Positions 35,849 to 46,875 of a DNA stretch of 64,000 bases are shown here, piece by piece. The DNA comes from Mobula hypostoma (lineage: Eukaryota). Each line of letters starts with the position of its first letter. The first letter of the stretch is position 1. The notes below the pieces were generated by a model. The model saw only the letters and a program-made list of their open reading frames with translations. It ran no database searches and was not told the DNA's origin. The DNA is taken from positions 79,114,001 through 79,178,000 of the forward strand of contig NC_086097.1 in the NCBI RefSeq assembly GCF_963921235.1, read 5' to 3'. The position numbers and the translations under genes were made by a program.

Positions 35849-37573
35849 ATTCCCAAACCAGAATCCATGGATGAACAACGATTGACGATACCTGCTCAAA
35901 GCTCGTGATAATGCTTAAATATCCAGTGATACCAAAGCATACAGTGAGGCTAGATCGAATCTTCAGAGAGGCATCAAGACCACCAAGATTAGACATAAAG
36001 TACAGATTGAGACGTATTTCTATAATGCCATTGATCCCTGACGTGTTCGGGAGGGCATCAGAGCCATCTCAAATTACAAAGGAACGTTCTCCTGCTCAGC
36101 TCATGGTGATGCCAAACTAGCGGAAGAGCTGAACAACTTCTTTGTTCACTTTGATCAGGACAATAAGGAATCTGTGACAAGGGCCTTAACATGGGACAGA
36201 GAATCTGCGCCAACACTGAACGTACACAAGCTGAGGCGTGTACTCTGTAATGTCGATGCTCGCAGAGCAGTGGGACCAGTTGGCGAACCTCGACAGATTT
36301 TCAGGGATTGTGTCGACCAGCTGGCTGAAGTTCTGACAGGTATTTACAACTTTTTGCTGTTCCAGGCTGTAGTTCTGGCATGCTTCAAAGCGGCAAATGT
36401 CATACCAATCCTCAAAACATCAGCTGTAACATGTCTGAATAACTACAGACTGGTGGCACTCACTCCCATAGTTGCCTAATGCTTGGAAAGATTGGTCATG
36501 CCCCACATCAAGGATGTAATCTCGGCTACCTCGGACCAGCACCAGTTTGCCTAAAGTTGAATAGATCAGCTGAAGATGACATTTCTATCATCCTTCATAT
36601 CTTGGAACACCTGGAGCACAAAGACACTTACATAAGGATACTTTTCATTGATTACAGCTCGGCTTTTAACACCGTACTACCAAACGAACTGACTCTCAAG
36701 CTCCACAATCTAGCTCTTGGCACATCAACCTATAATTGGATCTTGGAGTTCTTCACTAATCATATCCAGACAGTGAAACTAGGCAAATGCACATTAACCT
36801 CCTTCCCCACAACCCTCAACACTCATGCCCCACAGGGATGTGTACTGAACTCAATTCTCCATTCTCCCTTCACCTTTGACTGAACTCCTGCTCATACTAC
36901 AAACTTCATCATCAAATTTGCAGACGACCAACCGTGATTGGCCTAATCACAAATAATAATGAATTTGCATATAGAGAGGAGGCCCTGAAATTGTCTGATT
37001 GACACAGGAACCACAACCTATCACTCAACAGCAAGAAGGCAAAAGAAAAGGCTTTGTGGATGAACATCACCAAGGAGCTCTCGTGGGCCATCAGCACAGC
37101 CTCAATAGTAGGAAAGGCACAATAGAGATCCTGCTACCTAAGGTGTTTAAGCAGAGTAATCTGCTTCAAAAATTGCTGTCCAATTTTTATCGATGTGCGG
37201 TAGAGAGCATACTGACATACGGAATGGCTGTGTGGTACCCTAGCTGCAGCAAGACAGATCACAAAGCACTCCAGCAGGTGATGAGAATGGCTCAGCACAT
37301 CACTGGGACTCAACTCCCGGATCTGGAGACCATTCCATTCCATTCCCTGTAGGGAAGGGGGATGGAAATAAAGGCCTGGAGGGGAGAGAAAGGTCTGGTG
37401 AGGAGAGAGGGAGAGAGAGAGAGAGGTGTAGATCAGGGTAAGGGTTAAGATGTAATTATGCGGAGTGTGGGAAGATTATCCCTCTTTTTCTTGATGTCAT
37501 CACAGGAGATTCAGTGTCACTCTACCCCGCCGCTTTGATCTGGCCCACACCCTCATCTAACAATACTTGCCTT

Positions 37574-39204
37574 TAGAAACATAGAAAATAGGTGCAGGAG
37601 TAGGCCATTCAGCCCTTCGTGCCTGCATCACCATTTATTATGATCATGGCTGATCATCCAACTCAGAACCCCGCCCCAGCCTTCCCTCCATACCCCCTGA
37701 CCCCCGTAGCCACAAGGGCCATATCTAACTCCCTCTTAAATATAGCCAATGAACTGGCCTCAACTGTTTCCTGTGGCAGAGAATTCCAGATTCACCACTC
37801 TCTGTGTGAAGAAGTTTTTCCTAATCTCGGTCCTAAAAGGCTTCCCCTCTATCCTCAAACTGTGGCCCCTCGTTCTGGACTTCCCCAACATCGGGAACAT
37901 TCTTCCTGCATCTAGCCTGTCCAATCCCTTTAGGATCTTGTACGTTTCAATCAGATCCCCCTTCAATCTTCTAAATTCCAATGAGTACAAGCCCAGTTCA
38001 TCCAGTCTTTCTTCAGATGAAAGTCCTGCCATCCCAGGAATCAATCTGGTGAACCTTCTTTGTACTCCCTCTATGGCAAGGATGTCTTTCCTCAGATTAG
38101 GGGACCAAAACTGCACACAATACTCCAGGTGTGGTCTCACCAAGGCCTTGTACAACTGCAGTAGTACCTCCCTGCTCCTGTACTCAAATCCTCTCGCTAT
38201 AAATGCCAGCATACCATTCGCCTTTTTCACCGCCTGCTGTACCTGCATGCCCACTTTCAATGACTGGTGTATAATGACACCCAGGTCTCGTTGCACCTCC
38301 CCTTTTCCTAATCGGCCACCATTCAGATAATAATCTGTTTTCCTATTTTTGCCACCAAAGTGGATAACTTCACATTTATCCACATTAAATTGCATCTGCC
38401 ATGAATTTGCCCACTCACCCAACCTATCCAAGTCACCCTGCATCCTCTTAGCATCCTCCTCACAGCTAACACTGCCACCCAGCTTCGTGTCATCCGCAAA
38501 CTTGGAGATGCTGCATTTAATTCCCTCATCCAAGTCATTAATATATATTGTAAACAACTGGGGTCCCAGCACTGAGCCTTGTGGTACCCCACTAGTCACC
38601 GCCTGCCATTCTGAAAAGGTCCCGTTTATTACCACTCTTTGCTTCCTGTCTGCTAACCAATTCTCCACCCACACCAATACCTTACCCCCAATACCGTGTG
38701 CTTTAAGTTTGCACACTAATCTCCTGTGTGGGACCTTGTCAAAAGCCTTTTGAAAATCCAAATATACCACATCCACTGGTTCTCCTCTATCCACTCTACT
38801 AGTTACATCCTCAAAAAATTCTATGAGATTCATCAGACATGATTTTCCTTTCACAAATCCATGCTGACTTTGTCCGATCATTTCACCGCTTTCCAAATGT
38901 GCTGTTATCCCATCCTTGATAACTGACTCCAGCAGTTTCCCCACCACCGACGTTAGGCTAACCGGTCTATAATTCCCCGGTTTCTCTCTCCCTCCTTTTT
39001 TAAAAAGTGGAGTTACATTAGCCACCCTCCAATCCTCAGGAACTAGTCCAGAATCTAACGAGTTTTGAAAAATTATCACTAATGCATCCACTATTTCTTG
39101 GGTTACTTCCTTAAGCACTCTCGGATGCAGACCATCTGGCCCTGGGGATTTACCTGCCTTCAATCCCTTCAATTTACCTAACACCACTTTCCTACTAACA
39201 TGTA
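37574..39204 (-). mobile_element. Young CR1 LINE, 5'-truncated, 475-aa RT ORF (39187-37760)
   Basis: KSPGPDG, NYRPVSLTS, YLDFQKAFDKVPH, SGVPQGSVLGP, FADD; tail TTTCTATGTTTCTA on the minus strand. Confidence 0.96.
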
Positions 39205-39334
39205 CTGGGATCTTGCTCCTTCTTACATCGGTGTTAAGGTTTAGGGTTCTGAATATGGTAGTGTTTGTTAGGGTGCTGGTGTTTTGTTTATTTATGGTGT
39301 TTGGGGGGGTGGATTGTAAGGAGTGAGTGCTCAG

Positions 39335-39890
39335 GTTTGTGGGTGGGTGTGGGGGCCAGAATTTTTGGGAGTATGTAGGGCAGGTTTTGTTGGGGTGTGG
39401 GGGCCAGGGTTTGTGGGGCTGTGGGGGCCAGGGTTTGTGGGGGTGTGTGGAGGTCAGGGTTTGTGGGGGTGTGGGGGCCAGGGTTTGTTAGGGTGTGGGG
39501 GCCAGGGTTTGTGTGGGCCAGGGTTTGTGGGGGTGTGTGGGGGCCAGAGTTTGTGGGGGTGTGTGGGGGCCAGGGTTTGTGGGGGTGTGGGTGAGGGTTT
39601 GTGGGGGTCAGGGTTTGTGGGGATCAGGGTTTGTGGGCGTGTGGGGGCCAGGGTTTGTAGGGGTGTGTGGAGGTCAGGCTTTGTGGGGGTGAGGGTTTGT
39701 GGGGGTGTGGGGATCAGGGTTTGTGGGGGTGTGTGAAGGTCAGGGTTTGTGGGGGTGTGGGGGCCAGGGTATGTGGGGATGAGGGGGCCAGGGTTTGTGG
39801 GGGTGTGGGTGAGGGTGTGTGGGGGTCAGGGTTTGTGGGGGTGTGGGGACCAGGTTTATTAGGGTGTGGGGGCCAGAGTTTGAGGGGGGG
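39335..39890. repeat. G-rich minisatellite, ~24-26-bp unit CAGGGTTTGTGGGGGTGTGGGGGC
   Basis: Roughly 20 or more degenerate tandem copies. Confidence 0.92.
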
Positions 39891-40045
39891 TGTTGTAGTT
39901 AGAGATAGGGACAGTGTGAAGGGATTCAGTTGAGAGGCCAGAGGGGTGAGGCAAGTAGAGCAAAAGTTTGGGGGAATGGAGGTAGTGGCCCTGGACTGGA
40001 GAGGGAGGTTGGTGGGGCAAGGCCAGGGCTTCTTCGGATGGGACC

Positions 40046-40276
40046 TGATGCACTATCAATTACTCAAAAAGACTGGAAGTAGACTAAGTACTGAAAGGCT
40101 TTTATTAGCAGTAAAATGTGACCTCCACCATGCTGAGTATCTGCCCCGGACTGAGAGGAGGAGCAATGGCGCAATCACCTTTATTCAGGGATCTGTGGGA
40201 GGAGCCACAGGAGCAGTCAGCAGAGGGGCATGTCCAGACAGGTAACTCAGTTACAACATGTATATAGTTTACCACA
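40046..40276 (-). mobile_element. Solo LTR (231 bp) with perfect 5-bp TSD GGACC
   Basis: TG...CA termini, GGACC at 40041-40045 and 40277-40281, AATAAA on the minus strand. Confidence 0.8.
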
Positions 40277-41037
40277 GGACCTGAGTTTGCGTGGCTGTGG
40301 ATGTTAAGGTTAGTGATGGAGGTAGGGGTGGGGGTAGACGGGGGGGGCTTGCTGGGAGAGGGAAATGGATTGTTTGTTGGGGTGGAGGGGTTATTGCTTA
40401 TAGTTGGTTTTGGGACAGAGGGTAGATTGTAGGGAATGAGTTCACAGGTTTGTGGGAGTGTGGATGGTATAATTTTGGATCGGGTTGTGGAATGTTGGTA
40501 AGGGCTGGAGGGTAGAGGGTGGCCTGGCGGGGGAGAGAGGGGGTCATGACATCACGGGGACATGGTGGGGGCGACTTGGTCGGTACCCATTTCTCTCCCT
40601 GCCAGGTCCAGCACCACCCCCCCCACCGCTCCCTGTCTCTCCCCCTCCCTCTCGTCATCTCCCCCTCCCTCTGCCTGTTAGGTTCCTCCCTCTCCCCGCC
40701 AGATCCAGTCCCCCTCCCTCTCCCTCCCCGCCAGGTCTCTCCCCAAACCTACTCCTTTCCCTTATCCTAATCTTCATATTCCCACAAACGCTAGCATATT
40801 CATAACCCTAAACCTTAACATAGATGTAAGAAGGAGCAAGATCCCAATAAAGGCAAGAAATGCTAGATAAGGGTGTGTGCCAGATCAAAGTGGCAGGGTA
40901 GAGTGGCAACGAATCTCCGTGATGACATCAAGAAAAAGAAGAGGGATAATTTTCCCATTGCCCACATAATTACACCCTAACCCTAACCCTAACCCTGGCC
41001 CAGCCAGGCTTCCATTCCCCTCCGGGCCCTCACCTGA

Positions 41038-41632
41038 AATCCATTCCTGAACACTTGAAATGAGGAACTAACGGAAAGGATAGAGGAAGAACTGATCCTG
41101 CTACACAATGACTTTGAGCTGAAGCCAAAGTTCAAAAACTCAACTCAAATCTTGTAGAAAGAAACCTCTGAATGTGCGGTAGCATAGTGGTTAGCACAGT
41201 GCTTTACAGTACCAGCAACTCGAGTTCAATTCCTGGTACTGCCTGTAAAGAGTCAATCGCAAAAAGAAGACCACGTGGGTTTCTTCCGGGTGCTCCAGTT
41301 TTCTCCCACAGTCCAAAGACGTACCGGTTGGTAGGTTAATTGGCCACTGTAAATTGTCCCGTGATTGGCTAGGTTTAAATCGAGGGACTGCTGGGTGGTA
41401 TGGCTTGAAGGGCCAGAAAGGCCTGTTCCACAGTATCTCAAAAGATAAATACATGTTCTTTATTTCCTTTCCAACAGCATTTTTAGTGGTGCCTAGTTTC
41501 AGTGCAGTCAGCCAACTCCTTTCAAAGCAATGAAACAGACTGCAAATTACTAAACTGAGACTCAATCTGAGTGGCATTCAGCCTAACGTTGAGAAGGTGA
41601 TGTCACTGCACCAAGCCCATCCATCTCATTGA
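41038..41632 (+). pseudogene. hAT transposase C-terminal part (dimerisation domain), interrupted by a SINE
   Basis: NPFLN...EEELILLHNDFELKPKFK and FFISFPTAFLVVPSFSAVSQLLSKQ*NRLQIT...LRLNLSGIQPNVEKVMSLHQAHPSH*; the HPSH-stop ending is typical of Buster/Charlie transposases. Confidence 0.85.
41177..41445 (+). mobile_element. tRNA-derived SINE inserted in the transposase
   Basis: GGTAGCATAGTGGTTAGCAC...GAGTTCAATTCC; same family as 9125-9400. Confidence 0.85.
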
Positions 41633-41792
41633 AAGACGTAAAAGCAATGAAGTAATAAATAGTTGTACTACTGATGTACACTCTAAAATTGCTGATAAAA
41701 ATTGTGGGGTTTTCATCTGGGAGCCAAGAAGGCGGTAACCCATGAAAAGTTTGCTAACCACTGCATTTGAATGGTTCCAAAGCTCCATAAGG

Positions 41793-42255
41793 TTGAATTG
41801 AATTGACTTTATTTCTTACATCCTTCACATACATGAGGAGAAAAAATCTTTACGTTACATCTCCATCTAAATGTACAATCGTAGTAATTAATAATAAATA
41901 AAACAGTCAATGTAGCATAGAATACACTCAAATCAACGTGAGTTAATCAGTCTGATGGCCTGGTGGAAGAAGCTGTCCCAGAGCCTGTTGGTCCTGGCTT
42001 TTATGCTGCGGTCTGCTTCCCGGATGGTAGCAGCTGGAAGAGATTGTGGTTGGGGTGGCTCAGGTCCCCAGTGATCCTTTGGGCCCTTTTTATACATCTG
42101 CTTTTGTAAATATCCTGAATCATGGGAAGTTCACAACTGCGGATGCGCTGGGCCGTCCACACCACTCTCTGCAGAATCCTGCGATTAAGGGAGGTACAGT
42201 TCCCATACCAGGCAGTGATGCAGCCTGTCAGGATGCTCTCAATTGTGCCCCTTTA
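41793..42255 (-). mobile_element. Rex1-like LINE 3' end
   Basis: Tail TTGAATTGAATTGACTTTATT; CTGATGGCCTGGTGGAAGAAGCTG is the reverse complement of SFFHQAIR. Confidence 0.8.
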
Positions 42256-43889
42256 GAAATATCATTGGTTATGGCCACAGATGTTCACGTTATGTGGATT
42301 GTAATAGAATTAGAGCTGTTTTCTCCTCTCCTGTTCCTCACACCATTTATTTGTTATTCTGTCCGTCACATAGCAGGTACTATTTGTTGTCATGAATATT
42401 GCAGCTAGGAGTGAAAAGGACTGATAATTATAACTGAGAGTACATTCACAGCTGAACTACAAAGTCAGTGTCAACATAAACAATCTAACCACAACAAAAC
42501 ACTGGAGAACTAAAAGTTGCTGAGTTTTATGAGTGTGAACGTGGAAATGATCATTGCCAGTAAGTATGATGGAGATGAGGAAAATTTGCATATCAAGTTA
42601 AATAATTTATAAAAACAAAGTTGATCACACTGCATTGTATTAGCTAAGGTTTAAGACCGAACTACAAATAAGGGTGTCAAATGTTAAATATTAGAGTCAC
42701 AGCAGATTCCAAAACTCCTGTCAATGTATTGTGTTTTGGAAAAGAAATTTTGCTTATCAAGCCAGCATTTAGACAACAAAGTACAATAATTATTTTCCCT
42801 CTTCTTGAGCCTCTGTGCAACCCAACAAGAAGTATTTTTAAGACAGAGCAGCTAGCAGGTAGAACAAGCAAAGGTGCTGGAAATGGATACAGTTGATGAA
42901 TCACAGCAGCTCTTGTGTGGCCTCAGCTGCATATATTTACTGCACATAAGGAAATTGTCCAATCCATTGTCAGTGCTGGATCTCAGATGAACAATCCAAA
43001 TGAAGTTCCATTACCCAAACATGTAAATCCATCTACTTCAAATATTCACTAAGTCTCACTATTTTTCAGTGAAAAAAATAGGTCATGTAGCATTTCGTCT
43101 GCATGAAGACCTATATCTTTTCACTTGTCATTTGAATGAGACCTATCTTAAATTTCACAAGAATGCCATTGTTACAATAATACATACTGTAAGTGGCTTT
43201 CTGTATTAAGTATTCAATTGAAGGCCATTTTAACACCACTTACAGTGACTAACTAAAACAAGTCTGGTTACCAGATCAAGTTAACATTTTAAACTTAATA
43301 TACTCATTCAATTAAATTCTACCATCTCCTGGCCACTTTCTCACTGATCATGATTCCTGGTTTTCCACTGCATTTTACAGTTTTATACAATAATCACAAT
43401 TGTCATTCAAACAATTTACTCACCTCTGAACTAATTGACTAAATGATTTCCAGTCAATACCTGCAGCTATTACTGAGTAGCCAAAACAACACCCCCAATT
43501 AATTAAATAAATAATTAGAATTCTGCATAGTTAACAATCATTTTTAACATATCTGCTACAGTATCTCCTTTTTTTGCAGGTTTAGACTCATTCAGTTCAA
43601 GTTTACACTGTCATTGTACACTTGGTACATGACAGAAACAATTATCTCACTGATTCATGGAGTGTGGCAAGTTTAGTGATCACCATTGAAGATTTATTAG
43701 AAATAGAGGCATAAGCATCAAACAAAATGTGTAGAAAGCTAAGGAAAAGTTCAAGGCATTTCTATTTAATGGATATTGTATTGATGCATAGCTTAAGGAA
43801 GTTTAAATATGTGGAAGTGGGATGTGAACTAATACAACAATTGTGGGCCTTTGTAGAATAGGAGTTGAAGTCAAAGGAAATAACGAGCA

Positions 43890-44310
43890 AACGTAGAACA
43901 GGACTTCCCAGTACGGTACAAGCCCTTCAGCACACAATGTTGTGACCACATTTTAACCTAATCCGACATCAATCTAACCATCCTCTCTCATGTAGCCCTG
44001 CATTTTTTCTTTCCTAGATAGATGTGCCTATCTAAGAGTCTCATAAACATTCCAAATATATTTGCCTCTACTACCATCTCTGGCAGTGCATTCCATCACT
44101 CTATGTGTAAAAAAAATACTACCTCTGACAGACCTCCCTATGCTTTCTTTCAGTCACCTTAACAGTTTGTTATCTCATATTTCCCATTGCCACCCTGGGG
44201 AAAAAGGTGCTGGGTGTCATTCTGTGCCACTTATCATCTTACACATCTCTTTCAAGTCTCCTCTCATCCTTCTTTGCTCCACAGAGAAAAGCCCTGTCTT
44301 GCTCAACAAT
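43890..44310 (-). mobile_element. Degraded CR1 3' end
   Basis: AGCCCTTCAGCACACAATGTTGTG...GGCAGTGCATTCCA...TCAAGTCTCCTCTCATCCTTCT. Confidence 0.7.
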
Positions 44311-45199
44311 TCCTCAGAAGGTCTGAACCCAGTAAAAACATCAATTATGTATTGTATCTACTTTACATAACTAGTGTTCTTCAATTTGTTCAACACAAAT
44401 AGATAGCAAATTTGCTTTGCCTCTATACTGTTAATCTGTGTTAGCTGTGGACCCATTGGTGATCCTGTGCTTTGAAGAGGTAGGGCTTAAAGAACCAGAC
44501 AAACACTTTGATCCATGTATCTTGGTTACCTAATCTCAGACCAGTCAACAAGCATGTGCAGCTATACTCTTTGAATTCCTTCACCAAGGCCCATAACACT
44601 TTCCATATTTATAACAAAATATCCAGCCACGAGTAAACTTTTAAATAACTGAATTATTTTATTGTTAATGGAATTTTATTTTTTACTTACAAACCTTACA
44701 TCCAGCTGTTTAAAACAAGAAAAGTCTATACAATAAATGCTGAAGAATTCATGTAACCTTTTTTCATAGATGTTACAGCTTGAACTCATTCAAAAACACT
44801 TTCAACAGTCCATATTTCTGATGCCTACCCATGCAAGCCTGAAGCACCTCGATAAGTAAACAGTTGCAGGAAGTGGAGACTGCGGCGTAGAGCTGCAAGT
44901 AAACAAGGTCATTCCAGAGTAGACATGGAATTCTATCTTAAGTAGTGAACAAAGCTTGTGGTCACCACTCCACAATATTGTAAACAGAAAAAAGAGGCAA
45001 GTAAAATTATAATGTCAATGCACAGTGAACTGGGAAGACAGAACAGCAGAGAACGACAGTAAATGGGGCTGGTGAAAGAATTCACTAATAAAAATCAGAG
45101 TTTTTAGAATATTGAAGCATGATATTACATTGCTTTTTTTAAATGAGTGCTCACGGCTTTTCATTGTTTAGGAAGGTTCCTATATTGGTTTTAGTTAAC

Positions 45200-46875
45200 A
45201 CTCTGACGTGACTATCGTTAGCCTCATCTCTAACAATGATGTGACCTGCTCCTAAAGAGAGGAGGTAGACCGTCTTGCAGCATGGTGAGCTCGTATCAAC
45301 TTGGAGCTTAATGCTATCGAGATAGTGGAAATGAGGATTGACTTCTGCTAACAACACCCTACTTGCTAACCCCCCCCCCTTGGAAATTAATGGTCAGGCT
45401 GTGTCTGTGGTTGAGTCATTCAAATTCCTGGGGATTACAATTACCATTGAAGTGGAACAAGCATGTTACATTCATCACTAGAAAAAACCAGCAGAGATTG
45501 TTCTTTGGAAACTTAACATCTCAGGGTGTATCCGGATGAATTTTTAATCTGCCATCATTGAGAGTATTGTGACCACCTCTTATCTCCACTTGGTTGCCCT
45601 CTGCCACCTCCTTCTTCAAGTCCAGGTTCCACTGAGTGCTCCACCCGGTAGAGAAGATCATTGACTGTCAGCAATTGACATTAAAATACCTGTTCATTGC
45701 CACAGGTGAAAAAATTACTGCTGACTCCACCCATGCTAGCAGCCACCTAGTCACCAAATTGCCATCAAGGAGACGCTACAAATCCATCATCACCAGGATT
45801 GCATTTCATCTCCAAAGCTTCTTTCCTGTAGCTGTCCAGCTTCTCAACAAAACTCACTCAGGTGTAATATCCTAACTGTTCCTGCACAACATACATTAAA
45901 TGGTCTTTCCTGTTGCTAATTATTGAGTCTGTTCATATATTCACATTTATTTAAGTTTGATTATTGACATTTGTGCATGTGACCATTCTGCAATTTGTTG
46001 ATTTGTCATTGATGTTTGCACTATTGCCTTGTAAATTGTCGGTTGCTACTCTTCAAAGTTCAAAGTACATCTATTGTCAAAGTTCAAAGTACATTTATTA
46101 TCAAAGTATGTACACATAATACAACCTTGAGATTAGCCTCCTTACAGAGAGCACCAAAACAAAGAAACCCCAAAAGAACCCATTATAAAAAAAGACCGAC
46201 CAACACCCAATGCACAGAAACAAAATAAAATGGTGCAAACTATAAAGTAAGCAAACATCATTCAGATCTGAAGCTTTATGGAAAACACAAAGCCAGACAT
46301 CACTGCAGCTGGAGTAGGGCATAGGTCAATTCATTGCAGAGCTGAGTAAAGATCGCAGGACCACTGACGCGAAGCCAGTTATCACTGCAGCCGCAGCAAA
46401 CTACAGCCTCAGTGAGGCGCAGGGCTGATTAAACGTCACAGAAGAGCAAGCAGAACTGGCTCATCCCTTCCCTCTGGTCCCAACACCCTGACCTTTTCAA
46501 TCTGGCCCGGTGCTTAAGTCATCCAAACATCGGGCCGTTCCTCGTTCTGGGACAGCTCTGGGGCCTGAACTCCACCGAAACAATTCAGCCTGTACCCAAC
46601 CTTTCCAATTCAGCCCAGTGCTTAAATCGATCAGACATCAGGACTTTCCTTGTTCCCACCTCCACTCACCTAGCCTCACCTCTGCATACCTCTCCATTGT
46701 TGGCATTGTTATTTTGTAGTTTTCTTTGTTTTATATTTTACCACCTGTAAGGCGTCACTGGGCATCACCAGTGCCATCTTAAACCATTTCTGTTATGGTA
46801 TTGTTCCATGTTTTATGCTTGGCACTGAACCACAATCAATTCACATACTGGCAATAAAGTGATTCCGATTCTGAA
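45200..46875 (+). mobile_element. Degraded Rex1-like LINE 3' part, carrying a nested insertion
   Basis: VESFKFLGITI, LPSRRRYKSI...SFFPVAV; tail AATAAAGTGATTCCGATTCTGA. Confidence 0.7.
46052..46787 (-). mobile_element. Non-autonomous retroposon (apparent relative of 34677-35848)
   Basis: Minus strand head GGTTTAAGATGGCAC; tail TTCAAAGTTCAAAGTACATTTATT on the plus strand; no coding capacity. Confidence 0.6.

Larger units (their letters stand above)
33920..37350 (+). mobile_element. Rex1/Babar-like LINE (APE endonuclease plus RT), degraded and 3'-truncated
   Basis: FFTEIWL, GGGLCIYVNNAWC, DFNRANL, NNYRLVALTPI, LFIDYSSAFNTV, APQGCVL, KFADD, NFYRCAVESIL. Confidence 0.88.
37435..40996. mobile_element. 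Foldback element with ~215-bp inverted arms and telomeric repeats
   Basis: Left arm 37435-37575 plus 39205-39272 is the reverse complement of right arm 40781-40996; (CCCTAA)3 at 40975-40992. Confidence 0.7.
32556..41763 (+). mobile_element. hAT (Buster/Charlie-like) DNA transposon, disrupted by nested insertions
   Basis: Left TIR TAGTGGTTCCCAAAGT and right TIR AGTTTGCTAACCACTG. Transposase N-terminal part at 33188-33915 and C-terminal part at 41038-41632. No matching 8-bp TSD seen. Confidence 0.8.

Noticed and set aside
37749..38753. Long antisense ORFs (193 aa and 134 aa; also 15348-16286)
   Set aside because: Shadow frames of the CR1 reverse transcriptase.
39323..39933. Gly/Val/Cys-rich ORFs resembling keratin-associated proteins
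   Set aside because: They are translations of a G-rich minisatellite that is open in several frames, with no gene structure.
40975..40996. Telomere or chromosome-fusion relic
   Set aside because: Only three full hexamers, embedded in the arm of an inverted-repeat element.
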